From NCBI GenBank assembly GCA_964486045.1, contig CAZALK010000001.1, positions 552,242-616,241 on the forward strand: a DNA stretch of 64,000 nucleotides. The letters run 5' to 3'. The stretch is from an uncultured archaeon. Its GTDB lineage: Archaea > Asgardarchaeota > Lokiarchaeia > Sigyniarchaeales > SOKP01. Within the stretch, counting starts at the first letter, position 1. Each line of letters opens with the position of its first letter. The translations under genes were made by a program, and so were the position numbers. The notes under the pieces are model-generated. The model saw nothing but the letters and a program-made list of their open reading frames with translations. It made no database searches and was not told the origin of the DNA. Positions 10,593 to 19,686 of this stretch are shown piece by piece.

Positions 10593-10862
10593 TTAAAAGG
10601 AAGATTTTAATTCTTTTACTTCAGAATAGTCAACAGTTATTGAACTCTTTGTTTCGATAATTTCTCCAAGTATCAATACAGGTTTTTCTAAAAATTTATG
10701 CAACTCAGGGTCGTTCTCCCATGATTTTGTTTTTTTCCTCACAAGAATTTCCGACCACCGGTTTTTATACTCACCAATCGGCCTGATGTAATATTTTGGA
10801 CCTTCTGATCTTGAATCTTTTCCCACTATTACAGTGAAAAGTACACCTCTAATTTCGTCCAT
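10593..10862 (-). CDS. hypothetical protein (small beta-rich domain)
   Basis: Clean ORF downstream of, and co-oriented with, the esterase. Confidence 0.65.
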   Translation of the reverse strand: MDEIRGVLFTVIVGKDSRSEGPKYYIRPIGEYKNRWSEILVRKKTKSWENDPELHKFLEKPVLILGEIIETKSSITVDYSEVKELKSSF

Positions 10863-10882
10863 AAGATAAACTAGTTTTATAA

Positions 10883-11860
10883 TTAAAGATATTTATGGAT
10901 AAATTCATTTACACTTTCATATGCCTTTCTACTTTCGGATAATTTATCTCCAAAATTTTGAAACACGTGAGACATGTTCTCATATACTTCAAGTTTAACA
11001 TTTATTCCAGCTATTTTTGCTCGTTCGGCTAGGGAGATTGAGTCGTCTAATAATGCTTCAATTCCACCAGCCTGAATTAGTAAAGGGGGCAATCCTTTTA
11101 GATCAGCAAATACAGGCGAAATTAAGGGACTACTAAGGGGCTCATTCTGGGCGTATGATTTAGCCATATTTTTCAATCCTTCCTTAATGAGTGGTTCATA
11201 TTTTTGGTTACTAATAAGAGATCTTCCGCTTCCTGTAAGATCTACCCATGGTGACATCAACACTCCTGCTGCAGGGAGTGATATTTTTAACTCTTTTAGT
11301 TTTAATAGAGTTGCAATTGTTAATCCGCCACCTGCCGATTCACCACCGATAATAATCTTTTCCGAGTCAAACCCTTTCGATAGTAACCATTTATAAGATT
11401 TAACAGAATCATTTAAAGCTGCCGGAAAAGGATATTCAGGAGCTAATCGGTATGCTATGTTCAAACAGCGTAAATGAGTGACTTTTGAAAGGTGATAAGG
11501 GATCGTTCGACGGCTTTCTAAAGTGCCCATGATATAGCCTCCCCCAAATAAATTAAGAAGCACATTATCTTCTTTAACTCCAGGAATGGAAATCCACTCA
11601 GCAGGGATGTGACCAATTTTAAATTGTTCTATATTTACATCTTTCGGGATATTTTTACTGCGCTCTTCTCCTAAGCTATTCGAAATATGTCGATTAAATT
11701 CTAACATGGTAATTCCATCTACATTTCCTGACGCTAAGTCTCTAAGCGGTATTCCTTTTTGAGTCGCAAACTCTCTAGCAATCTTTCTCCTTATTTCAAA
11801 ACTATCTTCTATTAATTTACCAAGTTCTTTATGAACTTTCGAGATTTCTTCATATGACAT
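10883..11860 (-). CDS. alpha/beta hydrolase, HSL-family esterase/lipase
   Basis: FGGGY (normally HGGG), YRLAPE.PFPA, GESAGG, E.LLDD, HVFQ. Confidence 0.9.
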   Translation of the reverse strand: MSYEEISKVHKELGKLIEDSFEIRRKIAREFATQKGIPLRDLASGNVDGITMLEFNRHISNSLGEERSKNIPKDVNIEQFKIGHIPAEWISIPGVKEDNVLLNLFGGGYIMGTLESRRTIPYHLSKVTHLRCLNIAYRLAPEYPFPAALNDSVKSYKWLLSKGFDSEKIIIGGESAGGGLTIATLLKLKELKISLPAAGVLMSPWVDLTGSGRSLISNQKYEPLIKEGLKNMAKSYAQNEPLSSPLISPVFADLKGLPPLLIQAGGIEALLDDSISLAERAKIAGINVKLEVYENMSHVFQNFGDKLSESRKAYESVNEFIHKYL

Positions 11861-11963
11861 TTTTACTATCCATACTCAATGTTACTTATTAAAGTGTAAA
11901 TCTAAAACTCACGATAATCCTTAATACTATAAAAGACCCAAGATATTAATAAAAACTTCTTAA

Positions 11964-12872
11964 TCATGAGATTTTTTTGGATTTTAAATCCTGTATTATT
12001 AGTTTAATTTGATTATAATCCTTCCAAATCCCATCAAATCGATTCTTCATACCGGTCTCCCAATTTGCCCCAATTTCGGTAAAAATGTAAAATATGTCAT
12101 TCTTGATTGCTTCAAATACAATATCTCCGGATTCATCAGGCGGAGTTCCTTTTTCCCATATTTTTGGAGCTTCTCTGACAAGTACTTCTGCTTCAGGATG
12201 ATTTTTTATAATTCTTTCAAAACTTGGAATATAATCTGGACCACTAAATTCTGCTGGACGATTTCTTTCGCTGGTTGTAATTTTGGTGTTTACAACTCCC
12301 GGACAAAGAACTGAAACACCTATTTTGGATCCAAAAAGAGGATTCGCGAAACCCGTCCTAAGACTTTCAGAAAGGGCCACTACTCCTTGTTTACTAACAC
12401 TATAAATCCCATTTATACCGTCTCCATGCATTAATCCCGCCATAGATGACGTATTAACAATATGACATTCATTATTTTGTTCAAGCATTATAGGAATAAA
12501 CGTTTGAATCCCATTAATTACACCCCATAAATTTACTCCTATAACCCACTTCCAATCAGATAAGACACACTCCCAAAGTGCACCTGGAACGGCAACTCCT
12601 GCATTATTGCATAATAAATGGACTTCTCCAAATGATTCAATTGTTTTTTGGGCTAATTTTTCAATATTTTCTAATTTTGAAACATCTGTCACTACTGATA
12701 TTACCTCAGCTCCTGCTGACTTTAATTCTTTTTCGGTTTGATGTAGAGCATCTTTTTCAATATCAGCCAATACCACTTTCATACCTTCTTTGATAGCTCT
12801 TCTGGTTATACCACGACCAATTCCACTTGCCGCACCAGTTATTACTGCCACTTTATCTTTAAATTCTCTCAT
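11964..12872 (-). CDS. short-chain dehydrogenase/reductase
   Basis: TGAASGIG, NNAG, YSVSK. Confidence 0.95.
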   Translation of the reverse strand: MREFKDKVAVITGAASGIGRGITRRAIKEGMKVVLADIEKDALHQTEKELKSAGAEVISVVTDVSKLENIEKLAQKTIESFGEVHLLCNNAGVAVPGALWECVLSDWKWVIGVNLWGVINGIQTFIPIMLEQNNECHIVNTSSMAGLMHGDGINGIYSVSKQGVVALSESLRTGFANPLFGSKIGVSVLCPGVVNTKITTSERNRPAEFSGPDYIPSFERIIKNHPEAEVLVREAPKIWEKGTPPDESGDIVFEAIKNDIFYIFTEIGANWETGMKNRFDGIWKDYNQIKLIIQDLKSKKIS

Positions 12873-13057
12873 TAATTACAAACTTCTTCTTTACTTTTTT
12901 TATTATGTATTAATTTTTTACGTAATATAAACTAGATCTTGACTTTCAAAAGAAACAATTTCAAAAGTTTGCAGAACTTTAAGAAACTTTCCGATAAAAT
13001 AAGATTTTTTGAATATAGTACATATTTTATTACATAATTTTAAAAGAAAGATTAAGT

Positions 13058-13891
13058 ATGCCAATAGATTTAAACGCAATAGGTCAAACAAAGGAAATTG
13101 TCTTTGAATATAAATGGAGAGACGTTGTGCTCTATGCATTAGGGATTAGTGCTCAAACTAATGAATTACCATTTCTTTATGAAAGAACACAAGGAGGAGT
13201 AAAAGTGTTTCCAAGCTATGCCGTTATTGCTGGAGATGGTGAGGCTCCCTTTGAAAAGCTTGGAAGCGTCGAATGGGCTAAATTAATACATGGAGAGCAA
13301 TTTATAAAGCTTTATCGTCCATTTCCGTCACAAGGAAAAATAACAAGGAAGGGAACAATAACAAATATTTATGGTAAGGGAAGAAATGCAATAATTCAAT
13401 CAATAAGGCAAGGGTTTAATGAGAAAGGAGAACATATATTTGATGCAAAATGGGTACATATTTTATTAGATGGTGGTGGATTTGGTGGAGAATCTGGGCC
13501 AAAAGCCCAATCTTTGAAACCTCCAGAGGGAGTTAAGCCTGATTTTAGTATATCTTATAAAACTACCGAGAATCAAGCTGCTATATACAGACTTAACTGA
13601 GATCTCAATCCTTTACATTTAGATCCCAGTTATGCTAAATTGAGTGGTAGATTTAATGAGCCTATTCTTCATGGGTTATGTACATATGGTTTTGCTGCTC
13701 GAGCAATATTATATGGAGCTTGTGAAGGCGATGTGAATCGGTTTAAAGAATTTAGTGCAAGATTTTAACTACCGGTTTATCCTGGTGACATAATTACTAC
13801 AGAAGGCTGGAAAGATAACGGACGATTTATTATTCAAGCTCATACAGGGAAAGATGTAGTAATAAGCAATGGTTATGCAATTGTAGAATAA
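13058..13891 (+). pseudogene. double hot-dog enoyl-CoA hydratase 2 (MaoC/MFE-2-like) with two in-frame stops
   Basis: Frame continues YRLN*DLNPLHLDP...PILHGLCTYG...ARF*LPVYPGD...YAIVE*; stops at 13598-13600 (TGA) and 13766-13768 (TAA). Confidence 0.85.
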
Positions 13892-13990
13892 TTTAAGCTC
13901 CTAGACGGGGAATCTAAACGAAAATTGCCGATTATAAAAGCTTATTAGATTAAGGATCAATTTAGGATAATTTACCTTAATTCAAATTCA

Positions 13991-14830
13991 TTGATCGAAA
14001 CCTATTTAGATTTCAAATACTTAGATTGTTCTATGGTGAATGAAAGCTTAAGATCAGTTCGGGTGTCACCAGAGAATGAGTCAATGTTCTATAATCACAT
14101 TAAAAATAACTTCGCAGACTATTTTTTTTTCCATGTTGACTATGCTCAATATCCAGAAAGAACTGAAATATATATAGCGCTAGATAATGAAGAAAAAATT
14201 CAAGGAATGGTCCTAATCTGGAAAAATATCAAACGAAGAATTCAATTGAGAGGATCTCTTACAAGTCTTGAATTTTTATTAAATCGACTGAATCTTAATC
14301 CGATATCTGTTACTGGATTTGATAACCATAAAAAGGTGATTGCAAAATTCTTTCCAGATTATAAAATAGAAATTGCACTATATCGTATGGGTTTGAAAAA
14401 AGGAGATCAAAAAAATTTTGAGAATTACAAATTCAAAAACCTCTCTGAATCTCATAGAGAAGAGATTACTTCGTTGATGAGAATTGCAGATCCTATTTAC
14501 TGGGGTTCACGCAATCCAGAAGATATCCTGATTGATGAAAATAATGTTTGGTATGGTTTAATTGAAAAAAAAGAGTTGATAAGTATTGTGGCGATATGGA
14601 AATATCAAAGTGTAGGGTATTTCACTATTGTTGGGACTCATCCAGATTACTGGAACCAAGGATTTGCCAGTTCACTAATCTCTTCAGCATTAAAAGAAAT
14701 ATTTCGAGACAAAAAACAATCTTTTATTATGGTAAGGGTAGCCAATGCTCCTGCTATCCATACTTATGAAAAATTAGGTTTTTCGATTTGTAATACTCAT
14801 TATTCTTATGAGAGATTGAAGTTTTCATAA
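13991..14830 (+). CDS. GNAT family N-acetyltransferase
   Basis: VGTHPDYWNQGFAS, N.PAIHTYEKLGF. Confidence 0.9.
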   Translation: MIETYLDFKYLDCSMVNESLRSVRVSPENESMFYNHIKNNFADYFFFHVDYAQYPERTEIYIALDNEEKIQGMVLIWKNIKRRIQLRGSLTSLEFLLNRLNLNPISVTGFDNHKKVIAKFFPDYKIEIALYRMGLKKGDQKNFENYKFKNLSESHREEITSLMRIADPIYWGSRNPEDILIDENNVWYGLIEKKELISIVAIWKYQSVGYFTIVGTHPDYWNQGFASSLISSALKEIFRDKKQSFIMVRVANAPAIHTYEKLGFSICNTHYSYERLKFS

Positions 14831-15035
14831 TAAAATCTAATCTCGAGAACTTACACCCTACTACACACCTAATCATAATAACTAGCCATCCAACAAAATG
14901 AATTGTAATAAGAAATTTTAAATATAAAAACGATTTTTCATTGAATTTTCATTGAAGGCAGACTCTGAATTTACTCTTCAAGGATTATTAAAAACCAAGC
15001 GAACACTATAATAATGATTTTATATAAACTAGAAT

Positions 15036-15869
15036 ATGAATCGTATCCAAATTAAAGCTCGTGGATTCACATTTGATGCCTGGTCAGCTGGACCTAAAGA
15101 GGGACCGTTGATACTATTACTGCATGGTTTGCCCCGAACGAGCTGGGAGTGGCACCATCAGTTGGCGAAATTAGGCGAGGCGGGGTTCAGAGCTGTTGCG
15201 CCTGATCTGAGGGGTTACTGTCCAGGTGCGAGACCTGAAGGTGTGAAGGCATATGTTGTAGATGAATTTGTTCAAGATATCCTGGCAATCGCAAACCATC
15301 TTGGATGGACAGATCGTCCCTTTCATCTTATGGCTACCAGTATTGGATCTGTGATCGCATGGTGGCTTGCTGGAAACTATCCACAACGGGTAGCAACGCT
15401 GGCTTGCATTAACATTCCACATCATATGGCACTCCTTGAGGTGATGGAGACAAAGGCGGCGGATAAACTACGAAAAGGGTTTAGCTATTTTTCTAATTTC
15501 AGAAAGGAAGGCATGGAATTGAAAAATTTTGAGGACTCAATTAAACGCATAGGATTGCCAGCCGAAGAAACCAATCCCTATCGTAAGGCGCTCAGCAGCG
15601 AAGAAGCACTTCGAGCTGTTTTTCACTGGTATCGGGCACTACCCTCATGGTCGTCTCAACCATTAAAGTCAGTTGTCATGCCCACTCTATATATCTGGCC
15701 CCGAAATGCTGGCAATGTGACAAAAGAGGCGGCTGAGGCGAATGCGCATTATGTTAAGGGACCATATCGATTCGAGATCCTCGAAATTGCGCTCAATTGG
15801 GCACTTCAAACGGAGCCTGAGAAAATAACCCACCTATTGCTTGAGCATCTGGCGGAACACGCCCAATAA
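15036..15869 (+). CDS. alpha/beta hydrolase, epoxide-hydrolase-like
   Basis: LLLHGLP..SWEWHHQ, AVAPDLRGY; nucleophile elbow reads ATSIG. Confidence 0.85.
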   Translation: MNRIQIKARGFTFDAWSAGPKEGPLILLLHGLPRTSWEWHHQLAKLGEAGFRAVAPDLRGYCPGARPEGVKAYVVDEFVQDILAIANHLGWTDRPFHLMATSIGSVIAWWLAGNYPQRVATLACINIPHHMALLEVMETKAADKLRKGFSYFSNFRKEGMELKNFEDSIKRIGLPAEETNPYRKALSSEEALRAVFHWYRALPSWSSQPLKSVVMPTLYIWPRNAGNVTKEAAEANAHYVKGPYRFEILEIALNWALQTEPEKITHLLLEHLAEHAQ

Positions 15870-15975
15870 AACGATGTGTTGCCCCTCCCTAAAAACTTCG
15901 ACAAATGATATAAGATCTTAGATTATTACATAATTATTTTTTGGTTAAAATTCCTTTTTCAAAGGATTTTTCATC

Positions 15976-16068
15976 GAAATCAGACGCTGAATTTACCTTT
16001 CCATCAAAATAAAAAAAATAATCAAAATAAGAAAAAGAAAAAATTATATCCGCTCAGGAACATACTCC
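15976..16068. repeat. copy of 23S rRNA 3'-flank (distal half plus core)
   Basis: ATCCGCTCAGGAACATACTCC at 16048-16068 is identical to 18248-18268; preceding ~70 nt similar to 18182-18247. Confidence 0.85.
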
Positions 16069-16146
16069 TTTAAGGCAATCGAAAATGTACCTACTCTCAT
16101 CCAAATGCCCATCGAAAGTTAATAAGTGAATAAGTGAATTAAAAAA

Positions 16147-16478
16147 TTGAGAAGGGAACACTACTCCTCTCAGCAAAAAAAGAGTAGCGCCCATGAAACC
16201 TCATTTTGTTCAAATACATCCCTTGCACACATCTTCAAGGAAATATCCATAACTCTCTTATATACACTATACTGGACAAAACTACTATATAAAATTAGCT
16301 CAACTATAAAAAAATTAAAAAAAAAAACCGCCAATATATGAGACCTGCTCTCAAAAAACTAGTTTCAAATGGTTTTATTATTATACGTCCAGGGAGTAAG
16401 GAAACAAGTTATTATTTAAGCTCAGATGGGTTAAAAGCATGTAATTTATTGAAAAAAGAGCTTGAAAATAGTATTTAA
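16147..16478 (+). pseudogene. split winged-helix protein, frameshift at an A11 run
   Basis: ORF 16147-16341 overlaps a shifted frame 16338-16478 MRPALKKLVSNGFIII...SYYLSSDGLKAC (recognition helix + wing); A11 at 16317-16327. Confidence 0.5.
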
Positions 16479-16564
16479 ACCTGAAATTTACAGTTTATAA
16501 TGAAATAACACCATACAAAATATTTTGTATCTTTGTTTGGCTAAAAAAAAGTTTGGAGGATTGA

Positions 16565-16849
16565 TTGAGAATGTTTATTTTAAGAGCTGCTAATCAAATA
16601 AGGAGGAAAAAAGCTCTTGAGAATAAATGGTTTTTGTATGAGATTATCGATAAGAATCCTGGTATGACTATCTACAACTTAAGCAAGAAAATAAATTGGA
16701 CGCCTGGCAAATTAAAATATTATATTCAAAAATTAGTAAAAGATGGAATGATAAAGAACTCAACAAAGAACATCAATGGAAGAACTCAGAAAAGATATTA
16801 TGGAAAAACCATAAAAGAGTTTATTAATTGGGAAGAATGGGATAAATAA
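16565..16849 (+). CDS. winged HTH (ArsR/MarR-like) transcriptional regulator
   Basis: I.KNPGMTIYNLSKK.NW..GKLKYYIQKLVKDGMI. Confidence 0.8.
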   Translation: MRMFILRAANQIRRKKALENKWFLYEIIDKNPGMTIYNLSKKINWTPGKLKYYIQKLVKDGMIKNSTKNINGRTQKRYYGKTIKEFINWEEWDK

Positions 16850-16964
16850 AATTTCACTATTTTTCTTTTTTCTATTTTTTGTGAATCTCACTACAAAATA
16901 ATGTTATTGATTTGAAAAAGTGAAAAATTTTATTAATAAATAAATTTTCTAACTGTTCTATGCC

Positions 16965-17783
16965 TTAAGTCTTATTAATACGCAAAAAGAATATCTTTTC
17001 TTCTCCATCTCCTAATAATTCTCTTCTAATCGCTATTTTTTCACCGATAGAATCTAAAATAGTCCGGATATATGATGGACCTCCAATTATCCTGTAAAGA
17101 AACAACGACTTGGAATTATTGTCAATAGAATTTAGATGTATTTCAACTCCTACTACATCTGTCCCAAAAAAATTCTCTTTATTATATTTTACATGAACAA
17201 GCTCTACATCAGTTAAAATTATATCTCGTTGCTTTTCTAAAAATTCCTTAGGATGTCTTGAAGTATCAATTCTGAGGTTATTAAGAGATTTCAAAATCCA
17301 ACGTCTATTAGTCAAAACAAAGGTATCATGATATTTCCACAGTTCTCGATGCGAGATAATCGCTTCTCTTTTGATTTTCACATAATTTTTCAACCCTCTC
17401 CCTATCAAATATGATGTAAAAATTACAAAGAAAATATCAGACACCACAAATATAAACGATACATCAGATGATAAGAAAAACGTAAAAAATAGAGAAACGA
17501 TCACAGCTGGAAGCCCAAAAACAAATCCACCTTGCAACCTACTATAAGCATCATTTAAGAAATTACTTTTCTGAGTGAACCTAAATAAAATTTCTTCCTT
17601 AGGACTTAAGAATCCCTCGAGACCTTGTATTTCAGCATCTAACACCTTATTATAGTTATCAACAGATTTTTTTCTAATGTGCCTTAGGATATGTGTGGTT
17701 GGGAAAGATTTTTCACATTTTGGACAGTTCTTCATCCAATCATCCAATTTTGCTCCACAGATGAAACAATATTTTACCGTCAT
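16965..17783 (-). CDS. zinc-ribbon membrane protein with two TM helices and possible PH-like C-terminal domain
   Basis: YCFICG..CPKC; L...EEIL; two hydrophobic helices; FVLTNRR. Confidence 0.7.
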   Translation of the reverse strand: MTVKYCFICGAKLDDWMKNCPKCEKSFPTTHILRHIRKKSVDNYNKVLDAEIQGLEGFLSPKEEILFRFTQKSNFLNDAYSRLQGGFVFGLPAVIVSLFFTFFLSSDVSFIFVVSDIFFVIFTSYLIGRGLKNYVKIKREAIISHRELWKYHDTFVLTNRRWILKSLNNLRIDTSRHPKEFLEKQRDIILTDVELVHVKYNKENFFGTDVVGVEIHLNSIDNNSKSLFLYRIIGGPSYIRTILDSIGEKIAIRRELLGDGEEKIFFLRINKT

Positions 17784-17806
17784 TTCTTTCTAATTGAATT
17801 AATATT

Positions 17807-17860
17807 CTCAGGAATATACTCAGGAACATACTCCCACACCTTACTCGCTTCCCATCAAAC
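17807..17860. repeat. copy of 23S rRNA 3'-flank (core plus proximal half) with partial tandem duplication
   Basis: CTCAGGAACATACTCCCACACCTTACTC at 17819-17846 is identical to 18253-18280; CTCAGGAATATA at 17807-17818. Confidence 0.85.
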
Positions 17861-17869
17861 CAACCTATT

Positions 17870-18089
17870 CTTCGGTATCCATAGATTTTCTTTCAAAATT
17901 GGTACTGATCAAATCGGCCTCGGGGTCATTTTCTCGATTATGGGGGTGTTTACGTTTATAATATTGGCTATTAATCCAATTCTTTTCGAAATTGTTTATG
18001 TAGTTTCACTCGTGGAAGGAGTAGGCCTTTTAATTGCTGGAATTATTTTGATTATTAATGGTGCTTTAATTGAAAAAAGAAGTAATTGA
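17870..18089 (+). pseudogene. 3' remnant of a membrane protein gene
   Basis: Two TM-like helices IGLGVIFSIMGVFTFIILAI / GVGLLIAGIILIINGAL; the upstream part of the ORF runs through the repeat and the opposite-strand gene. Confidence 0.45.
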
Positions 18090-18344
18090 TTAGCATATTT
18101 TTACAATTAGCAGCTTAATTTCCTAACTTAATTTGGAGTAGTTTATAGTTTTTAACTAGTTTTTCCATTTCAAATTCCCTTGAAATCAGAATCTGATTTT
18201 ACTTTTTTATTAAAATAAGAAAAAATAGAAAAAGAAAATAAAACAAAATCCGCTCAGGAACATACTCCCACACCTTACTCACTTCACTTCTTATCAAACA
18301 ATCAGCCATGATTACCTTACCATACCGCAATACACTTCAATAAA

Positions 18345-18368
18345 CCCTTACGCGCTAAGCCTGAACCT
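18345..18368 (-). other. 3' arm of pre-23S processing stem BHB (partner 21841-21863)
   Basis: 5' arm CCUUA-GGC-AAGC-[AAU]-CUGAAU pairs with 3' arm GUUCAG-GCUU-[AGC]-GCG-UAAGG. Confidence 0.8.
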
Positions 18369-18489
18369 TATGCTCCTCTTTCGACAGCCATACACTCGTG
18401 CTGTTGAGAGTAGCGGGCTGAATAGGTCGCCCGTAAGCTCCCTACGTACACCCCTACCTCACCAACCCCGTCTTTTACGGGGGCACTCG

Positions 18490-18722
18490 TCTCGATTCCG
18501 CAGTTCACGTCACCGCGCCCTGCTCTCGTTATCAACGCTTATAACCCATTACAATTATGGCTTTATACTACATGCTTTTGGCAAAGCTCAATCATCAAGG
18601 TCTCCCCCAATAATTTAAACTTCACCTCTACACTCCGAACTGACTTCCGGCTTTCACAGGACTGCCTTGTCAATTCAACCAACTGCAATACGCTAAAAAG
18701 CGCCTAACATTATTGATCGAGA
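18490..18722 (-). other. 23S expansion segment ES39 (H98 region), ~233 nt
   Basis: Long insertion closed by UCUCGAU/AUCGAGA between conserved H97 and H99 regions. Confidence 0.8.
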
Positions 18723-18977
18723 TTGGCTGACTATTTTCGGGTCCGGCTTCGTGCTTAGATGCTTTCAGCACTTATCCGTTAGCGCGTGGCTGCCCAGCAA
18801 TACCTTGTCAGATAACTGGTACACTAGTGGCGCCGGCAAAATGTTCCTCTCGTACTGATTTTCCCTTACCCTCAGTCAACCTACAAGCCCAGCAGATAGA
18901 ATCCGACCTGACTCACGTCGGTCTGAACCCAGCTCACGTTCCCTTTTAATGGGCGTACAGCCCCACCCTTGGAAGTT

Positions 18978-19020
18978 GTGCACCCGGCATTAAAACCGTT
19001 TTAACGGCCCCAAAACCGGT
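18978..19020 (-). other. 43-nt insertion in H91 loop of 23S; probable BHB/BHL intron
   Basis: GGGAG-C-GCAC-[AUA]-CCGG...CCGG-GUGC-[ACA]-A-CUUCC. Confidence 0.65.
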
Positions 19021-19629
19021 ATGTGCGCTCCCAGGATAGGAAGAGCCGACATCGAGGAAGCAAGCCACGAGGTCGATAGGAACTCTTGCTCGTGACAACT
19101 CTGTTACCCCCGGGGTAATTTTTCTATCACCTTAACCACCCACACGAGGTTAGTTAAGGATCGCTAGACCAGGCGTTAGCCTCAGGATTCCTTGGTGATC
19201 AGAATCCAGTCAGACCAGCTTTTGCTCTTAAACTCTTCAGCGGATTCCTGACCCGCTTGAGCTGATCATTGGTTACTCTAGATATTTTTTCTAGAGTGAG
19301 CCGCCCCAGCCAAACTGCCCACCTGCGGATGTCCAACACGTTTTGTGCCGTTAGCGATTTCAGAAAGGAAGGCCGGTATTCCATTTGTGCTCCACCGTGA
19401 CCGAAATCACGGCATCTCCGCTACCGACTATACTCTGCATTCAGTCCAAAACCGCAACAACAGGCTGCAGTAAAACTCCACGGGGTCTACTCGTCCCGCT
19501 GGGCTTCTCCGGTCCGTTCGCCGGAGTGTAATTTCAATCGTCAGAAGGCTGGGACAATGGGGAGAACGTTGGACCATTCATGCACGTCTGAACTTACCAG
19601 ACAAGGCATTTGGCTACCTTAAGAGAGTT

Positions 19630-19686
19630 CTAACTCCGTCTGTCGGAATGACGCGATTTACGCTATTGGAATGATGATAAGACGGT
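19630..19686 (-). other. 57-nt BHB intron in H69 loop of 23S (after E. coli U1917)
   Basis: GGGAGU-AACU-[AUA]-CCGUC...GACGG-AGUU-[AGA]-ACUCUC; excision restores GGGAGUAACUAUAACUCUCUUAAGG. Confidence 0.9.

Noticed and set aside
13598-13600. In-frame TGA as selenocysteine (Lokiarchaeia use Sec)
   Set aside because: It aligns to a conserved Gly, not Cys; a second in-frame TAA follows; no SECIS-like hairpin seen downstream.
16048-18280. Repeats as a CRISPR array
   Set aside because: Only three copies at irregular 0.4-1.8 kb spacing, derived from the rRNA flank; no cas genes.
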